From the human T2T-CHM13v2.0 reference genome, Homo sapiens, in assembly GCF_009914755.1 (NCBI RefSeq), contig NC_060931.1: DNA of 64,000 bases; one strand, written 5' to 3'. Shown here in pieces: positions 34,231-49,303 of this stretch (position 1 is its first letter; each line of letters starts with the position of its first letter). The notes under the pieces were generated by a model. It was not told the origin of the DNA, did not search any database, and saw only the letters and a list, made by a program, of their open reading frames with translations. The position numbers and the translations under genes were made by a program.

Positions 34231-34660
34231 CTTTCTTCCTTCCTTCCTTTCTTCTTTCTTTCTTTCTCTTTCTGTTCTCCTTCCTTCCTTTCTTTTTTCT
34301 CTTTCTTTCCCTTTATCTCTGTCTTTCTTTTTTCTCTCTCTTCTTTCATTTCTTTTTCTTTCTCTTTCTCCTTCCTTCCTTTTTTCTTTCTTTCCCTTTA
34401 TCTCTCTTTCTTTTTTCTCTCTCTTCTTTCTTTCCTTTCTTTTCCTTTCCCTTCTTTCTCCTTCCTTCCTTCTTTCTTCTTTCTTTCTCTTTCTTTATCT
34501 CTCTTTCTTTTTTCTCTCCTCTTTCTTTCTTTTTCTTTCTTTCTCCTCTCTCTCCCTCTTTCTCTCTCTCCTCCTTTCTTTTCCTTCCTTCCTTTCCCCC
34601 TCCCCTCCCCTCCCCTTCCCTTCCCTTCCTTTCCCTTCCTTCTCTCTCTCTCTCTTTCTT
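34143..34660. repeat. About 520-bp polypyrimidine (TTTC/CT/CCTT) tract
   Basis: Read directly; forms the tail of the adjacent Alu monomer. Confidence 0.95.
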
Positions 34661-34808
34661 GAAACAGGGTCTCACTCTCTTGTCCAGGCTGGAGTGCAGT
34701 GGTGTGATTATAACTCACAGCAGCCTCAAACTTCTGGGCGCAAGCAATCTTCCTGCCTCCGCCTCCTAAAGTGCTGGGATTACAGGCGTGAGCTGCCATG
34801 CCAGACCC
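34660..34808 (-). mobile_element. Alu monomer (FRAM-like)
   Basis: Single arm of about 150 bp. Confidence 0.82.
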
Positions 34809-35107
34809 AGGTGCTTTTTTCTAATTTTCCAAAGGTGCCGCGTGGACCTAGGATTTTGTTCTCTTAATCATCTACTGAGGGCCAGCCTCTGCCCTCAGTA
34901 TGAGATATGGAGAGAAGGAGAGTCCTTGATCTCATAGTGTCTAGTCAGGAATTTTACAAGGACTATATTTACCCCCCATTCCATTGCAAGGTCGATGAGT
35001 TACCCCTTTCATTGACAGGGAGACTGAGGTTAAGGGCAACTTTGATTTTTGTCTTGTGGTGCAGAACTCTCACCTCTGCAGAAGCCATTTTCTAGGCTGG
35101 ATTGACT

Positions 35108-35900
35108 CTATTAGGACTATCAGAAAAAGAAAACTTGCCTCCCACTGGCTCTACCACCAAAGGGAGATTGACTGAGTCAGGTACCAGCAAGGTTCAAAGG
35201 TAAGATAGATTTCAGAGTTGGTTTAGTTCAGCAGCCCAATAATATAATCAAGCACCCTGTTCTCTTTCTCTCTTTCTTCTCCTTCCTTCCTTCTTTCCTT
35301 CCTCTCTCTCTTTCTCTTTCTTTCTTTCAAGACAAGGTCTTGCTCTGTCACCCAGGAGAGTGCGGTGGCGCAATCATAGTTCACTGTACCCTCTATCTAC
35401 TAGGCTCAAGTGATCCTCCTGCCTCAGCCTACCGAGTAGCTGAGACTACAGGCATGCACTATCATGCCTGGCTAATTTTTAAAGGGTTTTGTTGAGATGA
35501 GTTCTTACCATGTGGCCCAGACTGGTCTTGAACTCCTGGCCTCCAGCAATCCTCCTGCCTCGGCCTCCCAAAGTGCTGGGATTACAGACATGAGCCACTG
35601 TGCCCTGGCCAAGCGATCTGGTTTCTCTTCAATTTCTGCTTTCCAGGATGGAAGACTTACAGCTTAGTCATTATGCAACTTCCCTCATGGTGGCAAAAAG
35701 TCCTCTAGAGCTCCAGCCCTCACAACTGTTGCCATGCCTCTTCTTGAGGCTGTTCCAGACAGCAAGAAAACTTACCCAGGAAGCCCCTACACATTTTCCT
35801 TATGTGTCATTGAACACATGTGCATTCCTGAGGTTATGTCAGGAATACTCTGGGCTGAATGGCTGAACCCTGGATCCCCTGGAACAATCACTCTGGCCCA
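35108..35900 (-). mobile_element. Old MaLR LTR (MLT1J/K-like), interrupted by an Alu
   Basis: ccctcatggtggcaaaa...ctccagccctcaca...cccaggaagcccc...ttccttatgtgtcattg. Confidence 0.5.
35325..35610 (-). mobile_element. Alu (J-like)
   Basis: Antisense Alu with a CT-rich tail. Confidence 0.92.
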
Positions 35901-36968
35901 GAGCATGGGATCACTTTGTCTCCCCAGGTGGCCAGAGCTCACTGCACAAGCAGGCAGGCAGCTTGCTGAATGAAGCCAGGTGCTTCATGGGAGGTTGGGT
36001 GCTGTTGTGTGGTTGAGCTGAGGATGCTAGTGGGCCCCCCAGGGATGCTGATGGCTTATTTTCTATGAGCACAAGGTTGAACAGTTTTGTGTATTCACTG
36101 AAGCAGCAGAGCCTCTATTTGGATGCATGGATGCATTTCTGGCCTCTTGGGGAGAAAAAGAACCAGATGAAGAGGCTCTCGAAAGGCTTGGTGTCCTCAC
36201 TGGTTTCAAAAGGATGTTTTTCACAACTGTAGCAGACCTGTGCATGCTCAGGAAATGGAATTCATATCAGAGCCTATAATTGCCTAATTAATTCAGGCAC
36301 AGGGGGTTTTTGGTAGGAGGGAGGATGGGAAGGTGGGTGGCTCTACCTGGGTGCTCCTGGAGCTGGCAGCATCAGGCGCCGGGCAATCAGTGCTGTAGGA
36401 AAACCCACCCAGGTGGGGAGCCACAGGCACTCAAAGGCTAAACCTTCAGCCACAGTGTTTGACGAGGTGCTCAACTTGGCACCCAGCCTCTCTGACCTGG
36501 AGGGCACATCAATTCTACGCTCATCAGTTGTGGACAAAGAGAAGGCTGTTAGTTAATTCTGAGCCCCAGGCTGTTCTGTGCATTTTCTCAGTTGCTGCCT
36601 GGAACTGGTTCAAGTTCATCCAGGTCCTGGCTTGGGGAGCATCTGCAGGGTCCTCTTAATGGCATTGTTCTGTCATCCAGCATTCATTCTGCCAGCTGCA
36701 CCTGGGGCCAGGCTCTGTGCAGGGTGCTGTGGGGGCAGAGATGGGTGGTCCCTGTCCAGGAGTGTGCAGGGTCGAGTGGGGAAGGGTGGGTCAGAGTGCA
36801 CCTGGTCACCTGCTGTAGGGGAGGAGCATGGGCTTTCTAAGCACTGACTGTCTAGGCTCTGGGCCATGAAAGAACTTGGCATGTTTGGGAAACAGAGGTT
36901 CAGGGGACATGGGAGGGTACAAGGACAAGGGTTGTATGTGTTGGGGGAGGGGTGGTGGTAGAAAATGA

Positions 36969-37295
<327 letters not shown>

Positions 37296-37789
37296 CACAG
37301 AGACTTCTTAATAGAGTGGAAAATGGAGCACCAAGCCACGCCAGCAGACAGATGGGTTTCTGGGACCAGATGCATCTGAAGGCTGAAGAGGGTGAGATGT
37401 AGCAGGTTATGAAGGAGGGTGGAACAGGTGACCGGTGAGGAATAGCCAGGAAGGAATCAAGGCTGGGAAGGTGGGGCCAGGACAGGTCTGATTGCCCATT
37501 CAATGTCGTGATGGCAAAAATCAAAGTTATCTTCAAGGTAATAGTAACAGGGTTGGAACATTCACTTAGAGGACACAGGTGTGAGAGATGGGCTTGGATG
37601 GGTCAGTGGAGGTCCAGTGTTGAAGTGTTCATGAGACAGCCATAGTGTGTCCAGAGGGCAGCCAGATTCAGAGCTGGGGAACAGACACACAATGCAGACG
37701 AGGATGCAGGGCTTGGCATCACTACCATTTTTATTTTGCACATTCCCTTCCAGTCTCTGTTCCTGTGAGAAGCAGTTATAGCTCCCCTA

Positions 37790-37900
37790 CTACAGACAGC
37801 CTGGGCTGGAGTCCAGCTCTGGCTCTCACTAGCTCTGCAGCATGTCACCCAGCTGAGCCTCTGTTTCCAGCAGCCATTGTTAGGACATGTGTAGATGCTT
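37790..37900 (+). mobile_element. MIR fragment
   Basis: cagacagcctgggctggagtccagctctggctctcactagctctg. Confidence 0.55.
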
Positions 37901-37975
37901 AGCACGGCCACGGCAACCTGCACACCATTTGCTGAAACACGCCACTTCTCAACCCCCAGCACGGGAATGGTCTGG

Positions 37976-38386
37976 TGATATAGTTTGGATATTTGTCCCC
38001 TCCAAATCTCATGTTGAAATGCGGCCTCCAATGCTGGAGGTGGGGCCTGGTGGGAGGTGTTTGAGTCATGGGGGTGGATCCTCCATAGATGCGTTGGTGC
38101 CATCTCCATGGTAATGAGTGACTTCTCGCTCTGTTAAATTCATGTGAGAGCTGGTTGTTTAGCCTGGCATCTCCTCCCCTCTCTCTTGCTCCCTCTCACC
38201 ATGTGATGCCTGCTCTCTGTTTACCTTCTGCCATGATTAAAAGCTTCCTGAGGGCTCATCAGAAGCAGATGCTGGCACCATGCTTGTTGTACAGCCTGCA
38301 GAACTGTGAGCCAAAATAAACCTCTTTTCTTTGTAAATGACTCAGCCTTGCATATCCCTTTATAGCAGTGCAAATGGACTAACACA
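37976..38386 (+). mobile_element. MaLR solo LTR (MSTB-like)
   Basis: tgatatagtttggatatttgtcccctccaaatctcatgttgaaat...aaatggactaacaca. Confidence 0.9.
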
Positions 38387-39375
38387 TCCTGGTAGGCTGC
38401 CTTCATAGAAATCGAGTGAATTGATGTTTCTGCTGTCCTCAGAGGGGGAAGATCTACTTTGGGGGAATTAATTTTTCTCCAGTCTTTGTCTCCAATATAT
38501 ACAGCTGTCCTGCTTCACTACAAAGCACACGGAGGACACAATACAGTTCCATGTGACCAGCCCTTCCTCCCCTCTTTTTTGCTCTGTGGGCAGGACTACA
38601 GGACACAGGGTCAAGTGGTTTTACATAATGCAATTAACTCACACAATAGTGCTGGTTTGCAGAGGATTGTTCTCAGAAGAGGGTCTGGAGGCACCAACAA
38701 ACACAGCGGATGTAGGACCCAGGGCACCAGCACTCAGAGTATGTTGCTGCTTGAATGGCAAGCCCTGCTCAGACGTTCAGACAGTTCCCTGTTTTCCCTG
38801 TGTCATGTTCTGGCTTTAGACAATGAGACACATACACAGTGCCCAGGAGAAAATCTGATCCAAATCCACTCTGAAAACTTGTGATTTCAGTGAAGATAGT
38901 AAGCAGAGACAAGTAATGAAGGCCTTGCCTTTCTCATGGGGAACTCAGGAGGAGGTTCCTTGGGACCCAGGGGTCCTACCTCATGGCCTCTATGTGTCCA
39001 AAGAGTCAAGATCTATTTAACTCCAGCCTCAGTCAGACCTCAAAGGCTGTTCCCAAAAGACCATTCGAAATTCAAGGGATGAACTGGGGATCAGTGTGTA
39101 GAACAAGTGAAATTATTCCAATGAAAGATTTAGTGATGTCTGGTTTGCTCCTATCAGTCATATTTCATATAGTTTCTCTGATATCGCATCAGAAGAATAC
39201 TAAATAGGGAGTTTGGTTGTACAACTTTAATAATGCCAGCCAAAGAAAGGGAATACATTTGAGGATCTATGAGACTCTGGCAAGCAGAATATTTTAATAT
39301 TTGGCAGTATCTTTGTTCAGCAGCGTAATTAACCCCCTGCTATGGACCTGGCATTATGCTAATTGCTATCAGGGC

Positions 39376-39730
39376 TGCTATAATGTGAATGTGTCCCCCA
39401 AAAAGCATGTGTTGGAAACTTTATTTCCAATGCAACAGTGTTGGCAGGTGGGCCTAATGGGAGGTGTTTAGGTCATGGGGTCTCCACCTTCATTAATGAA
39501 TTAATGCTGATTATGAAAGTTTTGAGGCTGCAAGTTTGATCTCTTGCTCTCCCTAGCCCTCTCTTTGCTCCTCTGCCATGAGATGACACAGCAAGAAGGC
39601 CCTTGCCAGATACCAACCCCTTGATCTTGGACTTCCCAGCCCCCTAGAAGTGTGAGTCAATAAATTTCTGCTCATTATAAATTACCCAATCTCAGGTATT
39701 CTGTTGTAGCAGCACAAAATGGACTAAGTC
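39376..39730 (+). mobile_element. MaLR solo LTR (MSTC/D-like)
   Basis: gaatgtgtcccccaaaaagcatgtgttggaaact...cagcacaaaatggactaag. Confidence 0.85.
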
Positions 39731-39767
39731 GGGATCTAAACATAACAGGTGCCTGATAAAAGCTCAT

Positions 39768-39858
39768 TGGGTGGATGGTTGGATGGATGGATAGATGGAG
39801 AGATAGATGAATGGATGGATGGATAGGTAGATGGATAGATGGATGAATGAGTAAATGA
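39768..39858. repeat. (GGAT)n degenerate microsatellite
   Basis: Read directly. Confidence 0.9.
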
Positions 39859-40939
39859 CAGGGTGAAGAAGGGGATGTGTGTCATGTCCTCAAGTCATCA
39901 CGGTGACACTTCATGCCTCCTTTGCATGTTGTAATGGACAGAGCATTCTCATTTACTCCTCTTGTGTACATTCTGTGATTGAGTCCATTACAGCATGTGA
40001 ACATCTGTCTGTCTGTCCTTCCTCTAACACCAGAGTGAGGCCTAAGGATTTGCTAGTTTCCCTATGAATAGCTTTGCTTTTCTGTGTTTCAGTCCAGTTC
40101 CTTTGGCAGAAATGACAACACGGTGTCTGGGGAGAGTTTAGCCCCAAATAGACTTTCTGCCTCAGATAATAGCAGAAGCTTTCATTTCACTTAGTTTATT
40201 AGATTTAGCCCTAGGTGGAAGGGTGAGCTACTCCCTACTCCTAGAGGATTTGTACCACACTACAGAAAAATCCCAAGATGACACATAGGGAAGGAAGTCC
40301 AGGGCAAAGCAGTGCAGAGACTATGGGCACTTTTCATTTGAGGGAATTGTGCAACCAGGGACAGCTGTTTCCAAAAGTCTTTGCTGAGACACGCTACCAA
40401 CATCAGAGTTGAAATCCAGGTCGACTAATTAACCTTGGTTCCCATGACAACTAGCAGCGTGCACCCATCTGCCCCCAGGCAAGAAAGCATCTCTACAAGT
40501 GGCCTTGGGGAGAGACAAGAGGCAAAGCATCAGGGAGGAATATGAGAGCTGCCACTTCTGCTGTCCTGGCCAGGACTACAGAGGTCCTTTAAGAGGGTGG
40601 AGTCCAAACTGCATTCCTTCCACATCATCCTGAATATTGGGAAACGGAGGCCATGAAATTCCCAGAGGAATCCGTTAAGGCATGTCTATTCCCATAGGAT
40701 CCCTGTACATTCTGGGAGATTCGCAGGTCCCAGGCAGCCGTGACCCTGGCAGGGAGATGGAAAAATTTAGTCTCGGGACGAGAAACCGAGGCTGTGGCCA
40801 ACCCCATCTAATTATCTTTCACTAACTTTGTGATGTTTGGAGAATGTCACACTGGCTTTGAGAATGTCTCAGTTCTTGGGTCCTGTGTTCCAGAAGAACC
40901 TATTAATTGATAGAGGGGCGGGGGAGGGTGGTGTCTTAG

Positions 40940-41265
<326 letters not shown>

Positions 41266-41735
41266 CTTAGCTCCTATTTAAATGTATATATATATTTAGG
41301 TTAGTTAATTTCAGAGATGGCAAAACAAAAAGAAAATGTGTGTGCATCGGAGGGAACCTTTGATCCACAGCCACCGGCCTGTGCTTGGAGACATTTCTGG
41401 CTCGTCTTCAAAATTCTGTGCTAATTGACATTTGTCTGTTTCTCTGTGAAGCCCGCCATCCCCAGGTCATTAGGACATTGGGTCTGGGCTGTAGTTTCTC
41501 TCCCATCAGGGCCAGACACTGCAGCAATTATCATAAAAGACAGTCGGATAAGGAACTTGCTTTGTAGGCTTAACTAAATTATTAGACTCCTCTTGTGACC
41601 AGAAAGACTCTCCTTTTATTTGGCACTGAAAAGTTCTCAGGCATGTGTCTGCACAGAACAAAAGGCGCCTAGACATCTTTATTTCTGCCCAACTCCTTTC
41701 CCTACCCCAAAACGCTATCTAGAAGTAAAAGATGA

Positions 41736-42142
<407 letters not shown>

Positions 42143-42175
42143 TTATTTTTCTGTTTCTATGTTGTCTGAGGAAGC

Positions 42176-42470
42176 TTTTTGTTTGTTTGTTTTGTTTTTG
42201 AGACAGGGTCTTGCTCTGTTGCCCAGGCTGGAGTGCAGTAGCATGATCAGGAATCACTGCAGCCTCAAACTCCTGGGCTCAAGCGATCCTCCCACTTCAG
42301 CCTCCTGAGTAGCTAGGATTACAGGTAATGTGTCACCACACTTGGCTAATTTTTGTTTCTTTAGAGATGGGGTCTCTCTATGTTGCCCAGGCTGGTCTTG
42401 AACCCCTGGCTTCAAGCAATCCTCCTGCCTTGGCCTCCCAAAGTGCTGGGATTACAGGTGTGGGCCACTA
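42176..42470 (-). mobile_element. Alu (J-like)
   Basis: Antisense Alu. Confidence 0.92.
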
Positions 42471-42935
42471 CTTCTTGTCCTGGGGAAGCAATTTTTAAGA
42501 AATGTCCCATCTTGATGCAGTGTAAGGTTTTGAAATATTTGCCCCCAATTACCGCAGTGGTGGGCAGGATGTGGAATAATTTGGAAATAAGGAAAAACTT
42601 CAGGAAAGGTGGAGGGGAAGTACTCGTGGCATAAAGTTAGGGGCACAAGTCCCAGGCAGCAAAGCTAATGGGGCTTAATTAGTGGCCAGAGCTGGATCCA
42701 GAGCCGTGTCCCTGGCAGGCAGCCAGAACACAGCCTCACTTAAGGCCCGGGAATCCCTCCCTGCCTCATGAAGCTGAGTCTCTGGTCTCTGATCATGGCT
42801 TACTCCTCCCAGATGACGGCAGCATTGACGGTGAGTGTGTGTGCCCCTCAGCTCACAGCCAGGACGAGCCTATTAAAAATGCCCCTGCAGACCCCAGGGG
42901 CCACCCATTAACCTCAGAAACAAGGAGAAATAGGG

Positions 42936-43318
<383 letters not shown>

Positions 43319-44012
43319 TTAGTGTTTTGGAGACGAGGAGGGTAGCTTTTTGTGTGTGTGTGTGTGTATTGAATGTCTGGCAGAAACTGAGTAATAGCTG
43401 AACAGAACAGTCAGGGATTCAAGTGCTCACTTCTGAATGGTTCTCAGGCAACAGGCACAGTGCCTGCTCCCAGAAACGGCTCTCTCTGCAAAGACGAACA
43501 GAACACAATGGCCTCCTTGTGTGACATGCTAAATTCGAGCCCCATACGGAGCCGGGAGCAGAAGTCGCAGAAGCACATCGGGTGGGACAGAGGGGCTCCT
43601 CTAGGAATTATCTGGTCGGGGCATGAGCAGGTGGCTGGACTTCTGGCCCCTTTATGGCCAGAAGACCAATTCTTGGCTGGTCTCTAAGCAAACAAAGGGA
43701 GCAGCACCTTGTCAGCGGATGTGATTTTTGTGACATCTGTTCCGCAGCCCCCATCAATTCACACCCAGCGTCTGCGTGACTCATGTCCTTGAATTAGCCA
43801 TTGTTGGGCCCGAGGGAGGCGAACGGGAAAACCGAACGGAAGAAAGGTTTGGGGAAGGGAACGTTCTGTTCTGTCCTCCAACGATAAGCGCCTGTTTGGC
43901 AGCGTCATGGCAGGGACAATGCAGAGATGGCCTTGAAAATTCTCAGGCTGTCGGTCAGGCTGAGGGGCAAAGAAAAGTCACAGGCAGCTGACAGTGGGAA
44001 GAGCAGAGCAAG

Positions 44013-44170
44013 GATTCATTCATTCATTCATTCATTCATTCATTCGTCAGTGGTTTATCAGCTTCTCTCTGTGACAAGCACCCTCCTAGGCACAGTAGGT
44101 GCCCTGGTGATCAAGACAACCACCCCTCTCTTGGAGCTGAAGCTTCATGGGGAGAGAGACGTTGAAAATT
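44013..44170 (-). mobile_element. L2 3' end with (CATT)n
   Basis: attcattcattc...tttatcagcttctctctgtgacaagcaccctcctaggcac. Confidence 0.65.
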
Positions 44171-44255
44171 GGTGCTGAAATCACCAGCCTTTGTGCAAAG
44201 CCAATATTCAACCCCACATAGGTGTTTGAGAGAGTCAGAAAAATTCCATCATAGG

Positions 44256-44570
<315 letters not shown>

Positions 44571-44879
44571 TTTCAAGATGAATAATATATGGTTCCTGCC
44601 CTGGAGGAGTAACACTCCCATGAAGCAGCTACCTGGGGGTCTCAGCAAGGCATCCTGAAAGAACAGGGCAGTAAGGAAAGGGACTCCCCTTGCAGAGTTG
44701 AATTATGGACTTGAGATGCCCTGCATCAGAGCGGAGTAGGCAAAGTCACTTTAAAGAGAGAGTCCTCAGTCAGCAGGACTATAATTGGATTTAATGTATA
44801 ACTTATATAAAGAAAGATTGTGTTGAGAGGAAAGAAAGTCATTGGACAGGACCCCTCCCCCACCTCTCCCAGCTCTGTC

Positions 44880-45100
44880 TGGGGAGAGTTGGCACCCTGG
44901 TCCAACCCCAACAGCAGGCACATTTGCATGGCGCAGAGACACTTCCAGGCTAGCTGCGGTGGGCAGGTTGCATTATTTGCATACAATTCTTCCTTCCTTC
45001 CCTGCCCTCGTCATGGTTTCCCTTGGTATGGGCTTGCTTTAGCCAATGGAAGGTTAGCGGATGTAACCTAAGCAGGGGCTTGACATCTGCAGGTTTAAAC
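44880..45100 (+). mobile_element. Old MaLR LTR remnant (MLT1F/H-like)
   Basis: cttgctttagccaatggaaggttagcggatgtaac...gcaggggcttga. Confidence 0.45.
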
Positions 45101-46267
45101 ATATGAGCTTCATTGGCCTTATGGTGGGCTCGCAAGGAGGGGTTGATACTCCAAGAACCAAGGCCTCTGCCTGGCTCTGCTTGGCTTCTGGATGTTCAAG
45201 CTGCATCCAGAGAAACAAATCCACTCATTCATGGCCTGAAAAAAAACATTTTCTGGCTAACTCTTCTGTTTGGGCCCTGCAGGGACCGTGATGAACAAGA
45301 CAGACCATTCCCCGAGGTGGATCTGCACCCGCAATGAAGGAAGAACTCTGGGGCTGTGAGTTGGGCAAGGGAGCGTATTTGTCTGCCCAGGGCTGTGGCT
45401 GAAAAGAGGCTGAATCTCTTTGAGTCATACGGCTTAAACTTTCTGCAAATGGGTACTCTCTGCATGACAAGGTCAGGAGGGAAGGGACATGCGCGGCCAC
45501 CCAGGCCTGTCCGATGGAAGTCCTGGCCTGTACCCCACTCCACTTCCAACAGCACCTCCATCCCACTCTGCCCTTTCAAAGCCTTGAAGCCCATTTTAAC
45601 GAAGTTCCTTGTACATCAACGTGTCACAATGCTATGTACCTGGGGACAGATGCGGATGTGGCTTGCCCTGTTTGTAAGGCCACCAAGAGGGCTACTCCAT
45701 TCAGACAGCCCGGCAAAAAGACAGTGCCCTTCCCACTGGTGACCCAAGAGGCATGATTTGGTAGGATAAGCACTTTACAAATTTTTGCAAGATGACAACC
45801 CACAGTGAACTCATTGCTCCTGCTGGGATAGGAACAAAAATGTGTTCAATAAATAAAAGCTGATTTTCCCAAACACTGTCTTGAAGACAGTGGTTTAATC
45901 GGTGGCAGCTGCTCCACACCTCCAGGCTGAACTGTCCCGTTTCGAGTCATTTCCTGTCCAGAATGCCACAGTGTCTGTGCTCGAAGGACTTGGGGTCACT
46001 ATACCAACGGCTCACAGCTTCTCAATTGTGTGAAACCCAAAACAAAACAAAACAATAGAGCTTGTTTTGTCTGTTTTCCTAATGGAGATATAATCTACCT
46101 AAAGTCAGATTCACCCATTTTAATGCATTGCTCTACGAGTTCTAACAAGGATGTAGAGTCGTGTAACCATTTGAGCAACTCAAAATATTCCCACAAGCCC
46201 CTGAAATAGTCAACCTCCCTACCATCTCCTGCCTCTGACATCCCTGATCTATTTTCTGTCCCCCCTC

Positions 46268-46604
<337 letters not shown>

Positions 46605-46932
46605 TAAGTGGAATCATATAATGTGTGGCCTTTCCACGTTGACTTCTTTTGGTTAAATTAACTGTTACCATGCCTGTGAACGGTCCATTTCTTTTTATTG
46701 TCTGGTCGTATTCCACGGTATACATATACCACACTATGTTAATCCCTTCCCCAGTTGAAGGACACTTGGATGGTTTCTGGTATCTTTTGGTGATTATGAA
46801 TAAAGCAGTCATAAATATTCATGTTCAAGTTTTATGTGAACATAAGTTTTCATTTCTCTCAGGTAAATACCTAGGAGTGGGATTTGCAGGTCATGTGGTA
46901 AAGATGGATTTAATGTTATAAGAAATTGCCAA

Positions 46933-47235
<303 letters not shown>

Positions 47236-47393
47236 GAGAGAGAGAGAAAGGAAGGAAGGGAGGGAAGCAGGGAGGGAGGGAGGGAAAGGAAGGAAGGAAG
47301 GAAGGAAGGAAGGAAGGAAGGAAGGAAGGAAGGAAGGAAGGAAGGGAGAGAGAGAAAGGAAGGAAGGAAGGAAGGAAGGAAGGAAGGAAGGAA
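47236..47393. repeat. GA/GGAA microsatellite: (GGAA)14 at 47288-47343 and (GGAA)9 at 47358-47393
   Basis: Counted from the sequence. Confidence 0.95.
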
Positions 47394-47403
47394 AAATTGC
47401 CAA

Positions 47404-47735
47404 GGCTGGGAGTGGTGGCTCATACCTGTAATCCCAGCACTTTAGGAGGGTGAGGTGGGCGGGTCATTGAGGTCAGGAGTTCAAGACCAGCCTGTTTAAT
47501 ATGGTGAAACCCTGTCTCTACTAAAAATATAAAAAACTTAGCCAGGCACGGTGGCACGTTCCTGTAACCCCAGCTACTGGGGAGGCTGAAGCAGGAGAAT
47601 CGCTTGAACCTGGGAGTTGGGAAGTGGAGTTCACAGTGAGCCGAGATGACGCCAGTGCATTCCAGCCTGGGTGACAGAGCAAGACTATGTCAAAAAAAAA
47701 AAAAAAAAAAAAAGAAAAAGAAAAAAAGAAAGAAA
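47404..47735 (+). mobile_element. Alu (S-like), in tandem with the previous Alu
   Basis: Sense Alu following a second aaattgccaa. Confidence 0.94.
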
Positions 47736-48651
47736 TGCCAGCCTGCTTGCCAAAGTGGCTGTACCATGTGGTATTCCCATCAACAATGAGTGGAAGCGTC
47801 ATTTGTTCCCATGCTCACAGGTGTTCTGGGTTGACAGGCTTTGTAGTTTGTTTATGTGTTTTAAGCCATTCTAATATGTGTGTAATGGTATCTCACTGTG
47901 GCTTAAATTTGGATTTCTCTAATGACTAAAGATATTGAGTATCTTTTCATGGGCATATTTGCCATATGTATATTTTCTTTGGTAAAGTGTCTTTTCAAAT
48001 CTTTTGCTCAACTGTATTTTTTTTTCTTGAGTGTTTTAGAGTTCTTTAAATCTTCTACATACAAGTCCTTAATCACAATATATTGCTATGGTTTTTGCTT
48101 TCTACAGTCAATTACCTCTTAGAACAATGTAGAACAAGAAAAAAGTTTTTAAATATTTATCTTCTTTCAAGCTATTTTTAGAGATGTTCGCTTCTTTGTA
48201 TAAATCCAAATTTCTGTCTGGTATCATAGTATTCTGGCTGAAGAATTTTCTTTAACATTTCTTGTATTACAGATCCACAGATAATAAATTATCTCTGCTT
48301 TTGTTTGTCTGGAGAGTCTTTATTTCTTGTTTATTTTCAAGCACTGGAATTCTGGGGTCACAGTGTTTTTCCTTGCAATCCTTTACAAAGGTCACCCCGT
48401 TATCTTCTGGTGTGCAGTTTCTGATAAGCAGTCGTCTACTATAATTCTATTTGTGCTTCTGTATGTAATGTGTGCTTTTTTTCTAGCTTCCTTTAAGATA
48501 CTCTCTTTATCACTGGTTTTTAGAAGTTTGAATAGGATGTGTCTGAGCTTTTTTTTTGTTTTTTGTTTTTTGTTTTGTATTTTGGGGATGAGCTATGTGT
48601 TCTAGTGTGGTCTTATGATTTTTTTAAAGTCACATTTAATATTGACTAACT

Positions 48652-48875
48652 TTATTTTTTTAAATTGCCAACTTTCAAGTTTAGGGGTATATATGCAGGA
48701 TGTGCAGGTTTCTTACATAGGTAAACATGTGCCATGGTGGTTTGCTGCACAGACCCTTCCATTGCCCAGGGATTAAGCCCGGCATCCACTAGCTATTCCT
48801 CCTGTTCCTCTCCCTCCTCCCACCCCCTGCCCTCTGACAGCCCAGCATGTGTTGTTCCCCTCTATGCATCCCCAT
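48652..48875 (-). mobile_element. 5'-truncated L1PA (old primate) 3' end
   Basis: tgtgcaggtttcttacataggtaaacatgtgccatggtggtttgctgcac...ctccctcctcccacccc. Confidence 0.85.
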
Positions 48876-49004
48876 GATTTTTTAAATCTATAATTTGATG
48901 TGATTTTATTTTTGGAAAATTATTGGTCATTATCTCCTCAACTATTTTTTCTGCCTCATTGTTTCTCTTTGCCTTCTGGGATTTCAATTTCATCTATGTT
49001 AAAC

Positions 49005-49303
<299 letters not shown>

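Noticed and set aside
34017-34867. 266-aa F/L/S-rich ORF and antisense K/E/R-rich ORFs (also at 32475, 47131, 51638, 58467)
   Set aside because: Translations of CT-rich simple repeats joined to Alu sequence
37976-39730. Two same-strand MST LTRs as the ends of one provirus
   Set aside because: Different subfamilies, and the 1-kb spacer does not resemble MaLR internal sequence
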